A stretch of DNA of 64,000 nt. Source: Callorhinchus milii (lineage: Eukaryota). Location of the stretch: the NCBI RefSeq assembly GCF_018977255.1, contig NW_024704743.1, forward strand, positions 46,378,001-46,442,000, read 5' to 3'. Below are positions 25,491-38,430 of this stretch, one piece after another; positions within the stretch are counted from its first letter, which is position 1; every line of letters begins with the position of its first letter. The notes beneath the pieces are model-generated. The model made no database searches, was not told the DNA's origin, and saw nothing but the letters and a program-made list of their open reading frames with translations. A program made the position numbers and the translations under genes.

Positions 25491-27811
25491 CAGGGTTATA
25501 ACAGGGTTGGTCTCTACCTCGTGCACTATGACTACGCAACACATATTGCACAGCTAAACCTAAGTGTTTTTGTGGCCATGGGCTGGCATGATGTGCGTGA
25601 CATATTTTCCAGTTACTGGAAGGATTCCCCCTTGGATTTCCTAACTGAAGAATCCCATGAGAAATCGCCACATATTCGACGCTGGCGTCACTGTTTTCAC
25701 CGGTGTTTACAACAGCAACAGCAAATTGCATTGATATAGCACCATATATTACATGACCAGGAATGAGCAGACTCAGAGCACGGTTGTTTAAATTTGCAGA
25801 AGATACTAAGCTAGAGGGTACTGTGGAATCAAAGGAGACAACCAAAGAGAGCTTGACAGTGTAAACAGATGCTGGTTATTGGATCACAGAATGAGTGTGA
25901 GCACCTTGTTGACCAGTACTCAGCAATGTGGAATAGGTGGCATAATTTGGAGTTAAATGTTCACTGTTCTGAGGCAGCTTCCAGGGTCAAATTGTACCAG
26001 AAATATTATTTGGCATTCTGTATGTAGGAAGGGCTCACTTTTTAATGTGGCCTCAGGTTGGAAGCAGTGTGAAATGAATTCCCGAACAGTTGTCTAATTT
26101 CCATAAACCCGTGCAAAACTGTAAAAGAACAGTCAGCTCCTTCGCTGCTAAATGTCATGGTTCCCAGCAAAGAAAACTGTTGTGCAGACTAAGATTTATT
26201 GAAACTCCAGTGTCCTGGCTTCAACTGCTCTTCCTGGGAACGTGTTCCAGTCGTTAATTAAACTCTGCGTAAAGAAAACCTTCCTGGTATTTTCCTGAAA
26301 TTGCCCTTTGGTAGTCTAAACCTACTGTCTTGGTGCCTCCTAAATTGTTGTATCGGGTTTACTTTTTCAATCCCATATAAAATATTATACAACTCTATAA
26401 GTCCCCTCTGAATCACCTTCCCTCAAACTGAAGAGCCCTAGTGGAGATCAAATCGTTGAACTTGTTGGTCTGCCTGGCTCATTGGATAACGTTGCTTGCC
26501 ATGGTGGAGGGGGGAGCATGACTGATATTTTTATTCCACTCCTGTTACCACCAGACAGTAAATACTGGAGTCATCGGATCACAAGGAGACAGAACTCCCT
26601 CTATCTGTGGAGAAAGATCTGATGTAATGGAGGAGGAGCTGTGGTTTCTTGGATATGCTCCACATTGAAATGGACTGTCATTTAGTTCAGAAAAATATTC
26701 ACCTTTTACCCACAAAAAACTACCCCATGCCTTGCAAACAGGAACACACCCCTCTCATTCGTCATTTTCTGACAACACTACCACAAAATAGCCAGTCATT
26801 CTATTTAATTCTTACCATTACCTGCGAGTGTTATTTGTAGTACATCGGGGAAACTGAGAGGCCATAAATCCTGCGATTAGAGTCATGGTTAGTATTAAAA
26901 AGGCCGTTGGGTTTGGTAGAATTCATATAAGAATCCAAAATCCATATATTTTTCCTCGCTCAGCAAAACAGTGCACACATAAGGCTGGAATGTATTGAGT
27001 ATTTTTCTTCTTTTTTTTAAATTGCTGATTTTTTCAGCTGAACCTTGTAGAGCTGGAGCCAAGGTAAGCATCTTGCAGCGTGGGAGTGGACGGCGAGTGA
27101 GGGGAAGCAGTCAGACTCAGAGGAGGCAGCAGAGGCGATTTGATCCAGGTTCTCCACATTCCTGTTTCGTGAACCTCGCCAGAAACCCAAACTTTCTCAT
27201 GGTCTTAGCTTTAAGACCATTGTCTGAAAATGTAGGTTTGTGCTAGGTCTGAGTCAGTTATTGAGTTCTAACAGAGTACTTAATTTAGCTGAGTTTGGCG
27301 TGTTTAATACTGCCAAATTGGCAGAATTAGCAGATGAATCTGCTGTCTGTAGCATCCCAAATTAAATCTGAATGAGCATAAAGACAAAATAAAAGCAAAG
27401 TTATTAGTAACATTTCATAGCAGATTGGTTGGGAGAATTATCAATGTGATAATTATTGATTTGATAATCTGTTATGAAATGTTATTAAATTGGAAGTTTC
27501 ACCCCTTACATCTGATGTGCGTAAACGGATCACGTAAACCAATCAAATCCAGTCTGCGATTGGGCCAAATGATCAGTGCACCAGAATATATACACCAAAG
27601 TGTGGGATCCACAGACTGAGAGGAGACAAAGTTATGAGTTGAGAGTTTTCACATAGAGAATTGTTGCGACATGGAATGCCCAGCCGAGTAAGATGATAGA
27701 AGCAGAGTCCGTTATGGGTTTCAACAGAGAAGGGAACTTGATAACAGATATTTTTGTCTTCTAAGAATCTTTGATCCTGGACTTATAGGAGCATCCAAAG
27801 TATATATGTCT

Positions 27812-28142
27812 ATGGAGTCGTGTAGCTCACATGGAGTCCTGTAGCTCATGGTTAGAGCACTCGCTTCGCAACCGAGAGACCTGGGTTTGATTCCCGGCAG
27901 GGCGAAACCTTGGGCAAGTTTCCTTACTCCACGTGCCTGATAATAATCCCTCAAGAAAAAAATTATAAAATTTGTCACTTCAATCCTCAACTGTTTGTGG
28001 GACACTGCTGTGCGCAATTGGCTGCCGCGTTTCGCCCACAAATATACAGCCAATTCACTTTACAATATATTCTCTGAAGCGCTTTGAGACATCTAAAAGG
28101 AAAGCGCTATATCAAATGCAAGGATTATTATTATTATTATTA
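27812..28142 (+). mobile_element. Family A SINE with duplicated 5' head, inserted in a CR1 3' remnant
   Basis: tggagtcgtgtagctcaca-tggagtcctgtagctca. CR1-like sequence lies at ~27620-27743 and resumes at ~28141-28280. Confidence 0.9.
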
Positions 28143-29629
28143 TATGAAACAAAAAGGCTTGAAGGAATATGGTGATAGGGAAGGGTAGTGGAATTTAATT
28201 GGCAGTGAAATTCCGCTTGCTCTGAAAGCTAGTGCAGATTCGATAGGCCAAATGGCATCTTTCTGCGCTGTAAATTTCTAATGCTTGAATTATGGTGGTG
28301 CATTTGAATTGCAACACTGCATTTGAAAAGTACAAACCAATCTCGATAACAGATATTTTTGTCTTCCTACTGATAAGAATCTTTGATCCTGGACTTATAG
28401 GAGCATCCAAAGTACATCCTGTTCCTTGAGATGCTGGCAGGAATGTTTTGTTCCAAGATGCAAGACTAAATATGCTGCCGAGTGTGTTGCAGATGTTTTA
28501 ATGAGTGTCTATTCTGTATATGTACTTTTTCCTTTATAGATAAAGGAACCTTAGTGAAAGGTACCAGAAGTGCAGATGGATCCTTATTAATGTGATTTCC
28601 TCACAGAGGATTCTTTACCTGAATAAAACTTGAAATTTTTTTTTTGATTTCTTTGCTGCTCCTGTTTCACTGACAAGCATTCCTTTTCAAAGATTGAACT
28701 GAATTCACTCGCTCCTTCGAAGGCTCAGTGAGTTTATCCAGTGTGTAGCTGAGCTAGATGCAATAGGAAAGTCTTGGGTTTGATTCCACACCAGCATTAC
28801 TGCTCTCAACCAGGATGCCACTCGGGATGCTACAAATAGCCTCTGATAGCTCAGTGGGTAAAGGCAACACTAGCCCAGGTACATACTGGCAGGTTCAAAT
28901 CCTGGTGTTTGCAGCCATTTGGAAAGCAGTTGAGGTGTTCAGTTGCCCTTTGAACCTGGGTTAGAAAGAGGAAAATCAGCCAAGTTTCCCACTTGTGGCT
29001 ACTGTTCAACAACCCCTACTGGAGGGGTATGTGTGTTTCTGTATGTGTATCACTGTCGGGTGAGGACAGGCTTAGCTTGGCAATAAGTTAACTCAGCTGA
29101 CCAGTATGCCAACACTCACAGTTCAGGTTCAAGGGGAGAGTTTTGCAATATCAGCACAGTGATGTTTATTAAACTGCTTGCAAAGGTAATTACATAACGG
29201 CAGGAGAGAGGATATCCTTAAAATGGAGATTTTGTCTCAAAGATACAACATATGAAGATAGAAGATTGAAGGTTCTTATGTACTTCCCGCCCTCAGTGTT
29301 GCTGAAAGTTGATTTCGAGGATGTTTATACCGCCCACATTTTTTGCTTTCTCGCCTGATGTGTCAGTAGCAATATAGGGTTTGAAATCAAATAGAATGCT
29401 CAGTATACACCAGAAAGGAAATCCTTTATTTTATGTGTTTGTGTCTCCCAGGTATTTGTTGTCTAGGATTTTTGTGTCTTGTTCCTCATGCTGGAATAGT
29501 AATCTATAGGTGACTGGTACCTTATGCATGAGACAAACAAACGGAGAAACTGTGAGAGCCATTACAGCTCAGTTTGACTTGGTCCTCATCATTTTCTCTT
29601 TCTCATTGTCTCACTCATAGAAAGGTAGA

Positions 29630-30030
29630 ATTACAGCAACAACTAATTAACACTATAAGAGTGCCTTTCATGTTAGGAGGATGTCCAAAAGTTCTGGACA
29701 ATCTAGGATTTACACCCAAGCCAGGGGTAGGGGCTGAGGGGGTGCATGGAAAGTTGACCAAAAGCACGTTCAAAGAGGGCTTGAAGCGTACCTTGAAGGA
29801 GGCGGGGAATGGTAAGTTGTAGGGACCTTGGGATGGAGAGTGGGGGCAGATAGCCTGAAAATCTGTCCACAGTGGTGGGATGGGTAGGGCAGGGGATGTG
29901 AAACAGACAAGTGCCCACCGAGCAGAATTTGTCAAACAGAAGGAACAGCTGGATTGGTAGGGAGAAAGACCATAGAGGGATTTATGTACACCATGAACAG
30001 TACTGCTACTGTTCATTATGGATCCCTCTG
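29630..30030 (-). mobile_element. Degenerate L2 3' fragment
   Basis: L2 tail (gtgcctttcatgttaggaggatgtcc) and ASFKVRFK-like translation. Confidence 0.7.
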
Positions 30031-32172
30031 GATGGACGCACACAGGCACCTTAAGCAAGGTGACTGGGTTGTTATAAGGTGCAATAATCCCAGCCTGATT
30101 TTCTGCCTTCCCCCTCCCAGCCTAAAAATTCAGCCCAGAAATCAACAACAGCAACTTGCATTTATATAGCACCGGTCACACCTCGGAGCCCTTAACATTG
30201 GCAGTGCTTGACGCCGAGCCAGGGAGAAAGGGAAGGTGACTGTAGGTAAGGAGGAACTAAGTGAGGAAGGGCTCTCTGTATTGTTCCCACTGCTGCTATA
30301 GCTGAGATCTCTTCACTCAGACCTGACCAAGGACTGAATGCAACACTTTCAGGTATGCATGGCTCAGAACCACATTACATGGTGCATTTACCTAGCAAGG
30401 CTATTGGAGTCTAACCTTGTGACGATGACAAATCTATTGGAATTATCTTTTTGCTACTGAAATGAAATTCACTAAAGCATTCCCTCACAAAATTCTCATT
30501 GGAAACCATACCCAGCCTTTTCAAAGTGTCTCAGTTGATTTGATTTTCAGACCTGAACACAGGATGAGGTAAAAACTTACCTTTTCTCATCCGCTGCATG
30601 GCTAGAAAGAGTTGGCACTGTCTGCATTCATCATTTTTTTTAAAAGAGAAATAGATTGATTTTTAAATGCATCATTGATATAATAAGCAATAAAAAAACA
30701 GATTTCTAAATTTTAATGCAAAGAACAATTGAAAGTGAGTATTTCCTTTCTTTAGTGGAGTGGAACTGAATTCAACGGCATGGAATTTCTGTTTTTTCAC
30801 ATTTAGTGATAGGAGGAATTACTGAATGAGATGTGGCCTTAGCATTTTGAATACTATTAATGATAATTGATTGATATGGTGCATGTAGAGTTGCAACATT
30901 TTATATGTCATCATATCTTTATTGTAAAACAGACAAGCACAGAGCAAAAGAAGGAAATTACAGTGTACAAGGTTACACTCTAATTTCCTTGAAAGAGCTG
31001 GGGTTTGGAATTAAGATGGATGGCTCAATCACCAAAACAAAAAAATCGGTTGTACAGTCTCTCACAGTTAATAATAATAATGATAATAATAATAATACTT
31101 GTATTTGGTCTAGTACCTTTTATGTCAGAACTTTGTCCCAAAGCACTTCACAGGATTTACTGTTAAGTGGGGATTGTGCATTCGGCGAATGCTGCAGCCC
31201 AATTGTGCACAGCATTGTTCCACAAACAGCCATGAAATGATGACCAGTTTTATTTGGGGGATTGTTGACCATTTTATCCAGTTCTCTGGATAACCATCAC
31301 AAATCACTTTACAGAAAATCGCTGTCAAGTGCAGTGACTGTGAGCATCAGCAAATAATGTTTTCTAACTAAGATGTAAACAATGTAATCCTTATATCCAT
31401 TGCCGACTTGGAAATTATGTCCTTCAGATATTTATTCAGAATGTCTTGAAACAGGGATGTTCCAGTGAAGTTCAGAGTGCTGCAAACCTGTAATGATCAT
31501 TACTGAAAGGAAACATTCAAGTCATTACAATACAACTGTCCATAGTCACAAACAAAAGAACATCCTCTGGCCTGTGATTTGGACTGAGCATCACTTCCAT
31601 TCTACTCATACAGAATAATGCTTACATTACAAATACTTACACATTCCAGAAAGCAGCAAAGTGTGTTTACATCAATAAATCTATCCCTTTTAGTGGCTGT
31701 CATTTGCTTTTGCACCTCTCAGTCCAGTTGAGTCAAAGACAGACTCAATTAATTTTTTGGGGGGGTCTTTCTTCCTTAGCTATTATCTGTCAGCTACAAT
31801 TTCTTTGTTTGACAAGTGCAGTTTAAGACAAGCGATTTGGAGCCTTTCACACTGATCACATCTCACATCAGCTGATAAAATAGAAACCAAGTCCCCGCTT
31901 GTAACAAAAGATGATAGAGTCGTACATAATTGTGATCATTTTGATATATCTGTGGTTTTGAGGCATCAAAACAGAATTTCACTTCTGATAAATTGAGCAA
32001 TGTTGTTGAGAAGAATGGTTTTCCAAACAGTGTCAGCAACATCTGTTCAATGTTACATTGATTGTAAGACTATTTAGAAAGGATTTGGATAAATGTTTGA
32101 AGAACAAGAATGAAGAACAAGAATGTAAAAGGCTACTGGGAAATAGAAGGAATTAGAAATACCAGAAGTTTA

Positions 32173-32490
32173 TGGAGTCCTGCAGCTCAGTGGTTAGAGC
32201 ACTCGCTTTGCAAGCGAGAGATCTGGGTTCGATTCCCAGCAGGGCGAAACCTTGGGTAAGTTTCCTTACTCCACACGCTTGATAATAATCCCTCAAGAAA
32301 AAAACAATAATAAATTGGTCACTTCAATCCACGACTGTTTGTGGGACACTGCTGTGTGCAATTGGCTGCTGTGTTTCGTCCACAAATACACAGTCAATTC
32401 ACTTTACAGTCTATTCTTTGAAACGCATTGAGATGTCTAGAAGATGTGAAAAATGCTATATCAAGCGCAAGGATTATTATTATTATTATT
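32173..32490 (+). mobile_element. Family A SINE, full length
   Basis: Collinear with the other copies, with the tagaa-loop tail. Confidence 0.93.
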
Positions 32491-32532
32491 ATTGAGTAGA
32501 GCCCAATTATAACATTGTATTTGAGGTCAATA

Positions 32533-33233
32533 CAGTGAAATCTCAACCAGTGTTATAACAAGGCATGATAATAATAATAATAATAATAATCCTTGCATTT
32601 GATATAGCGCTTTTCACGTCGGGAGGACGTCCCAAAGCGCTTCACAGAACACACTGTAAAGTGAATTGACTGTATATTTGTGGGCGAACGCGGCAGCCAA
32701 TTGCGCACAGCAATGTCCCACAAACAGTCGTAGATTGAAAATGACCAATTTATTATTGTTTTGGGTTTTGGAGGGATTATTATTAGGCGTGTGGAGTAAG
32801 GAAACTTGCCCAAGGTTTCGCCCTGCTGGAATTGAACTCAGGTCTCTCGCTTGCAAAGCGAGTGCTCTAACCACTGAGCTACAGGACTCCACAGATCAGT
32901 AGTCAGTGCTTCTACATCCACTTTGACTATGTGCAGAAAGCTAGCCAGCTTCCAGGTAATGACTAGCTTCCTGATCGCCAGCTGCCTACCCATGCTAAAA
33001 ATGGGCAGCTATGGGTCATCATGTTGCACATAGGAAGTGCCATCAACAAAGACCTGATGACCTGGAAGTTGACTATTTTTCAGCACTCAAGGAGCCACCC
33101 ATTGCTTTGAAAAGAGTTAACCAACGTTCTGTGTAAATTTTATAGTTTTTGGTAAGTAAAAGGTCCATAGCCCAATTGTGCTGTAAGTGAACTTGCATTA
33201 TAATAGAATGCGTTATATAACACAGTTCCACTG
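32533..33233. mobile_element. Possible Tigger-like MITE remnant hosting the minus-strand SINE
   Basis: TA|CAGTGAAA...TGTTATA at left and TATAACACAGTTCCACTG|TA at right. Confidence 0.4.
32568..32891 (-). mobile_element. Family A SINE, full length, very young subfamily
   Basis: Reverse complement is nearly identical to 39331-39666, with the ctccc-loop tail and long (ATT)n. Confidence 0.95.
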
Positions 33234-33499
33234 TAGTTTGTTCCAATGGATCAGTCAGCCCCAGTTCAGTCTAATGGCTGAATAGCCCAATTTAGTTTCT
33301 TATTCTGCAATTTCAATGATTCTAGGACTGTTCTACAATGCAAAATTTCTGAACATCTTGTAGGAACACCTTGTACAATGATACAATACACATATTATCA
33401 TTCAACAATGGCCGTATTTGTTCCCCATTGAGTGAAGAAAGTCTCCACTTCCACCTGGAATTGTACTTATATAGTTAATGGCTACCAAAGCCATGACTA

Positions 33500-33718
33500 A
33501 TAACAATAATCCTTACATTTGATATAGGGCCTGTCCAAAAGCATTTCACAGAATATCTTGTAACCTGCATTGACTATAAGTTTTGTGGACAAACATGGCA
33601 GCGAATTTACACAAAGCAATGTACTACAAACAGCCATAAATGAATGAACAATTTTATTTGGGGTTTGTTAGCCTGGCACTGGAAGAAACTACCTTCTCTG
33701 GAAATGAGTCTAAGATCA
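33500..33718 (-). mobile_element. Old Deu-type SINE remnant just upstream of the RBMS3 acceptor
   Basis: aataatccttacatttgatatag tail, then ttttatttgggg...agaaactaccttctct. Confidence 0.7.
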
Positions 33719-33751
33719 TAATATGACTGAAGAATATCTTATCTTTTTCAG

Positions 33752-33810
33752 GTATGGAAAAATAGTATCAACAAAGGCCATCCTAGACAAAAACACCAAC
33801 CAGTGCAAAG
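33752..33810 (+). CDS. RBMS3: Internal 59-bp coding exon of an RBMS-family RNA-binding protein (RRM1), most likely RBMS3
   Basis: Acceptor atctttttcag| at 33751 and donor AAG|gtatgt at 33811. Translates (P)YGKIVSTKAILDKNTNQCK(G), phase 2 in and phase 1 out. From recall, DKNTNQCKG matches RBMS3, whereas RBMS1 has DKTTNKCKG. Confidence 0.93.
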
Positions 33811-34449
33811 GTATGTATGAAAATGTTGCATTTTGTACTTTGTGTAAGTATGATGGTATGTGCTTGTGTTTTTTTCCTGAGAATTATACTCTCTTTTTAA
33901 GATATTTTTGACATTATCTCCCAAGCTCAAGATCAAATGTGGGTCTGTACTAGAGCCAAATGAGCCAATGGCTGTTGAGCCATTAGGAAAATCCCCCACT
34001 GGGAAGCCCTGCTTCTCACCACCACCATCTTTTAACAACACAGTTGAGGGCTGGGAATTCAATTAATGGGGGATTAGGAATACGAAACTTCATCCCCACC
34101 ACTCTATGCACCTCGACAACTTTACTTTTATGCAAAATGTCCAACAGATGTATTTATTTGCATCATGTGTCATGATGATTGTCAGGAGCTATTCTTAAAT
34201 CATGTTTTACACAGATACATTCAGTGCTTTACACCATGTACATAACTTAGGATCCATTGAATTCTGCTGGGAGGAAAAGAAATACTGAAATACAGCCAGG
34301 TTTGTTTTATTGTCAGTTTGGATTGACGGAGACATTCTTCACCCAGTCGTTTATATGATGTTGAAGATATGAAGCGAGATTTAATTGTAAATTGTGCAGA
34401 CCTGACATTCAAGTGTTTACAGCCTTAGAATGCTTTTAAATATTCCAGT

Positions 34450-34700
34450 GGCTTGAAATTTCACCTGTCTCAGTCCGTAAAACCATTTTGCTGTCTTAAA
34501 AATTAACATCACTCAGAACTATGGAAAATTCTTAAACTTGGTTAACTCAGAAGCTGTTTATCTTCAGGTCTTATCAAAGAACCGACTTTCAAATTAAAAC
34601 TGATTTCAGAAATTTCCCTAATTCTGTGCAATGCAACCTTAAATCTAAAGGGAAAATAGTGTTACAGACGCAAATTAGCTGGAATTTTGAATCTCAAGCC
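34450..34700. mobile_element. Old foldback/MITE-like element
   Basis: Ends GGCTTGAAATTTC and GAATCTCAAGCC. Internal gactttcaaattaa motif also at ~10770. Related sequence at ~36570-36720. Confidence 0.45.
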
Positions 34701-35954
34701 TAGACGGTGGATGAAATTATTCTGGGGGTATGGGGGGAGGGGAGCAAAACTCAGTTAAAGGATCATCTCTCCAACCTCAAAGACTCTAACGTCAAAGACT
34801 CCCTCCCTCTGGCCCTTGGTCACGGTCAGGGCAACTGAGAACAAAGATTTTTTGCTGTTTAATGGGAGTGGGGATTAACACTTAAAAAACAAACTTGATT
34901 TCAAGTCAATTGCAAGCTTAAGGGTGTCTGCTTTGGTTGACCTTTATTGGTGCATCAGTTCTTAAACCAAACTAGAGAGTTGACAATTTTTCCAAATCTT
35001 TTCCCGGTTAACATAGAATAAAACACCCAGACAAGCAAGCCATTAAATGCTTGTGTGTGTGCATGCGTGTGCGCACATTTAGAAAAATAAATGACTAGGC
35101 AGAGGTCAGCTAATGTCTTTGAAAATCCTGGCAATATTGCTGCCGCAGATCCATAAATTTCTCTATGTAACTGATGTTATTTCAGTCCCCTCAAAGTACT
35201 CATCTCTGTAGCTTCTCCCAGCCTGTTTCCGTAATGATGCCTGTCAGAACTCACTGTTTAATTGAAAATATTGCCTGAGAAAACAACAGGATAATTCTTT
35301 GTAACTGATTTTAAAAGGACGTTCTGATTGGGAAACTCCTTTTATGTCAGCTTTGTGCTTTTTCATTTTAACAACACTCTTTTTAGTCATTACTTTGTAG
35401 TACAAAGGATGATTTGATGGTCTGGATGTTTCAAGCTTGTGAAATGATTGAATCAGTCAGTAGGAAATTGTTGCATTAACTTATACTGTATACAATTTCC
35501 CAAATTATGTGAAAATCAGTGTCCTGAAAATCAAGAGCACATTTGAATGGCTATATACTGTATTTACATTGTTTGTGTAACTTTTAACACTGTAGCATGA
35601 AAGTGCCATCTCTGATTTAAAAAGAAAACAAAAAATGTATTATAATGTTTGAAAATATACAATGAACTTTATCAACATCCTCTCAGCCCTCAAGCTATGC
35701 TAGTGACTTGAAACACACTCCAAGGTCTGAGATTTTGTGCAATATTGTATATAGATTAGTCATGATTTTATACCTTTTTTTCTATCCCTCTTGAACTGCA
35801 GCTATTGAGATCCAAAATAATTCAACCCCGCTATAAACTAACCCATAAAACATTCTTTGTTGGTCAACATTTCTGGGTGTTTGATGTAACCCGGGCACTG
35901 TGTGCTGCAGCCCTTGTGATGTACTGTATAACACAGAAACGAAAGAGTCCTACC

Positions 35955-36425
35955 AACATCAACAACAACAGCAAACTAACATTTGTATCACGCCTTTCAC
36001 GTCAGGAGAACGTCCCAAGGCGCTGGACAGACAGAATTACGGACCCGAGCTGGGGAGTCGGGGTCAGGGAGGGTGGAGGGCAGGGGGGGACGCAGGGAGA
36101 TCGAAAGCACGGACAAAGAGGAGGGTTTTGAGGTGGGTCTTGAAGGTGGCAAGAGAGGGAGTGAGGCAGAGGGACTGCGGGATGGAGTTCCAGAGAGTGG
36201 GGGCAGAGTGGCAGAAGATCCCCCTGACAATAACAGGGAAAGCAAGGCGGGGGACGCGAAGCAGGCTGGAGCCTTCTGAGCGGAGGGATTGAGCAGGATG
36301 GCAGCGGATTAGGAGATCGCAGAGCTAGGGGGGAGCAAGACCGTGGAGGGCTTTGAAGGTGAGGACCAGGATCTTGAACTATGTGATGGGAAGCCAGTGG
36401 AGTTGGGCAAGAATGGGCAGTAACC
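35955..36425 (-). mobile_element. L2 3' end fragment
   Basis: (CAA)n tail, cgcctttcacgtcaggagaacgtcccaaggcgc stem-loop and collinearity with 888-1400. Confidence 0.88.
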
Positions 36426-36859
36426 TGATGATCCACAAGTCAAGTCTTAGCATACGCAGTCCTTTCTTGATAATCAGGTTCCCCTGTAAATGAAGGAGTC
36501 CATCACCTATCCATCTAATAAGTGAGTCAATGTTACAGTACAGGTTGATATAATGAGATACACCAGTATTCAGTTTACTATATTTTTTCCCCTTGAGGTC
36601 CGAAATTTCCCACTGACTTTAATAATTGTGCAGAATTTTGGAAAATTTCTAAATTCAGTGTTAATTTGAAAACCAACTACTGAAAAAGAACTGTGGAAAA
36701 TTGGCTTACAAATTAAGTTTCCAACATTCTGCAGGTTCTTCAATTTTAAGACTAAGAACTTGAGGCATTGCAACCTCTCTCTGCTTGTGTAGCACATGAT
36801 TAGATCAGTAACGAGGTGGTAGACAAGAGGGATATTATATCATATACACAAGACCAACA

Positions 36860-37275
36860 ATTTTACATTCATACAGGGCCTTTCACTTTGGGAGGCCATC
36901 TCAAAGCACTTCACTGAGGTCGACTGGGATTCTGAGCTGAGGATGGGGAGAGCTGAGGAATAAGGTCGGAAAGGCAATAAGAAGCACGGTTGAAAAGAAA
37001 AATCTTAACATGGGCTATGAGGGGGAGAGGGAGGGCGAGATGGAGGAACTCCAGAATGGATTTCCTGAGAGCGGGCAGGATGGCTGAAAGCTCGCCCACG
37101 ATGATGCAGCAGCCAGATGAGCGACATGAAGCAGGCTGGTGTTCGCTAAGTAGAAGAGGGAGTAGCTAGGGAGGTAGAGTTACAGAAGGCCACAGAGGTA
37201 GGGTGGGGGAGAGGCCATGGAAGAATTTGAATGTGAGGATAAGAATCTTGGATTTGATCCACTGGGGAATAGGGT
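36860..37275 (-). mobile_element. Degenerate L2 3' fragment
   Basis: Collinear with the other L2 3' ends (KIFLF; gatttgatccactgggg). Confidence 0.7.
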
Positions 37276-38094
37276 TTCTAAACCAGGGGTTTATTTTGTT
37301 GCCTGTTTCTGGGTAAAACTACAGATTTGTTTTCTTTATATATAATGTTCCAATGTGTTAAACATTTTAAGCTACATAATCAGAACTGTTTGCCATGATA
37401 GGAGCAAAAACAATGGCTGGCAGATGCTTTCATTTTGTGGAAAGAACATTTAGGATGATTTAATACATATTATGGTTACTGGTGAAAAGGTTGTCTGCAG
37501 ATGTGCCTGCTAAAGGGATAACTTCATTCACACTAGCTTTCTCCTCACTCACTTATACCTGAAACTTAGTTGGAAAGCTGTGCATTATTCCATAATAGGT
37601 CAGACTGCAGGGGGATAGCATTTTTATACTTCTGAAACTCTTGGTGCTTCTCCAACAACCATTGAGTCATTGCCATGTACTGTACATATCTTTAGATTTT
37701 GGAAGCTTTGGAGAAGCAGCCACTCTCTATCACTCTCCCAAAAATCCCTCTCCTTCGCCTCTGCTTCCAAAACCGTTTTAAAAATCTACCTCTTTGACTG
37801 CACCTCAGCAATCTGGTGGTGTTTGATGTGGAGTCAGAGAGCAACAGTGAGCTGCTAGTATTTGCTTTGGGGGTGTGGATAGAAACAACATTTGCTAAAG
37901 ATGATGATAATACCAAATTAGGCATTATTAACAAGAAGAGAACAAAACACAGAGGGAGCTGGCCAGATTAGGTAATTGGACTGATAAGTGGTAGGTGTTT
38001 AATGTGGATAGGTTTAAAGTATTGTGTGCATGTCTGGTAGTTGCACTGCAGGAAAGGCATCCTACGATTGTAGAGCAATAAATAAATGATAAAT

Positions 38095-38430
38095 AATTTT
38101 TGCATTTGATGCAAGTGCCTTTCATATCAGCAACAAGAACGTATATATCACCCTCCATGGAGGGTAGTGTCTCAGAGCGCTTAACAGTGGCAGAGCCTGA
38201 CTCTGAGGAGGGGGGAGATGGCCATAAACATGGTCAAAGAGGAACGTTTTCAGGTGGGACTTGAAAGAAGGGAGAGAGGAGAAAGGATTGAAGGAGAGTG
38301 TTCCAGAATTTTGGGACGCAGTGGCTGAAAGCATGACCTCCGAAGGTGGGGCAGAAGGTGCGAGGGACGAACAGGAGGCAGGTGCCAGTCGAGCGGAGAC
38401 GTCGGGTGGTGAATTGGGGAGTGAAGAAAA
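38095..38430 (-). mobile_element. Degenerate L2 3' fragment
   Basis: SFKSHLKTFLFD translation plus tail. Confidence 0.75.

Noticed and set aside
25324..25845. 173-aa ORF read as Penelope GIY-YIG or EnSpm transposase
   Set aside because: Motif spacing is inconsistent and several readings fit equally poorly. It spans a family X repeat and LINE remnants.
32553..32813. Recurring ORFs ending ...KCKDYYYY, suggesting a small-protein family
   Set aside because: They are translations of SINE copies and their (ATT)n tails.
33723..33911. 62-aa ORF as a stand-alone gene
   Set aside because: Only 33752-33810 is coding. The rest is intron read-through.
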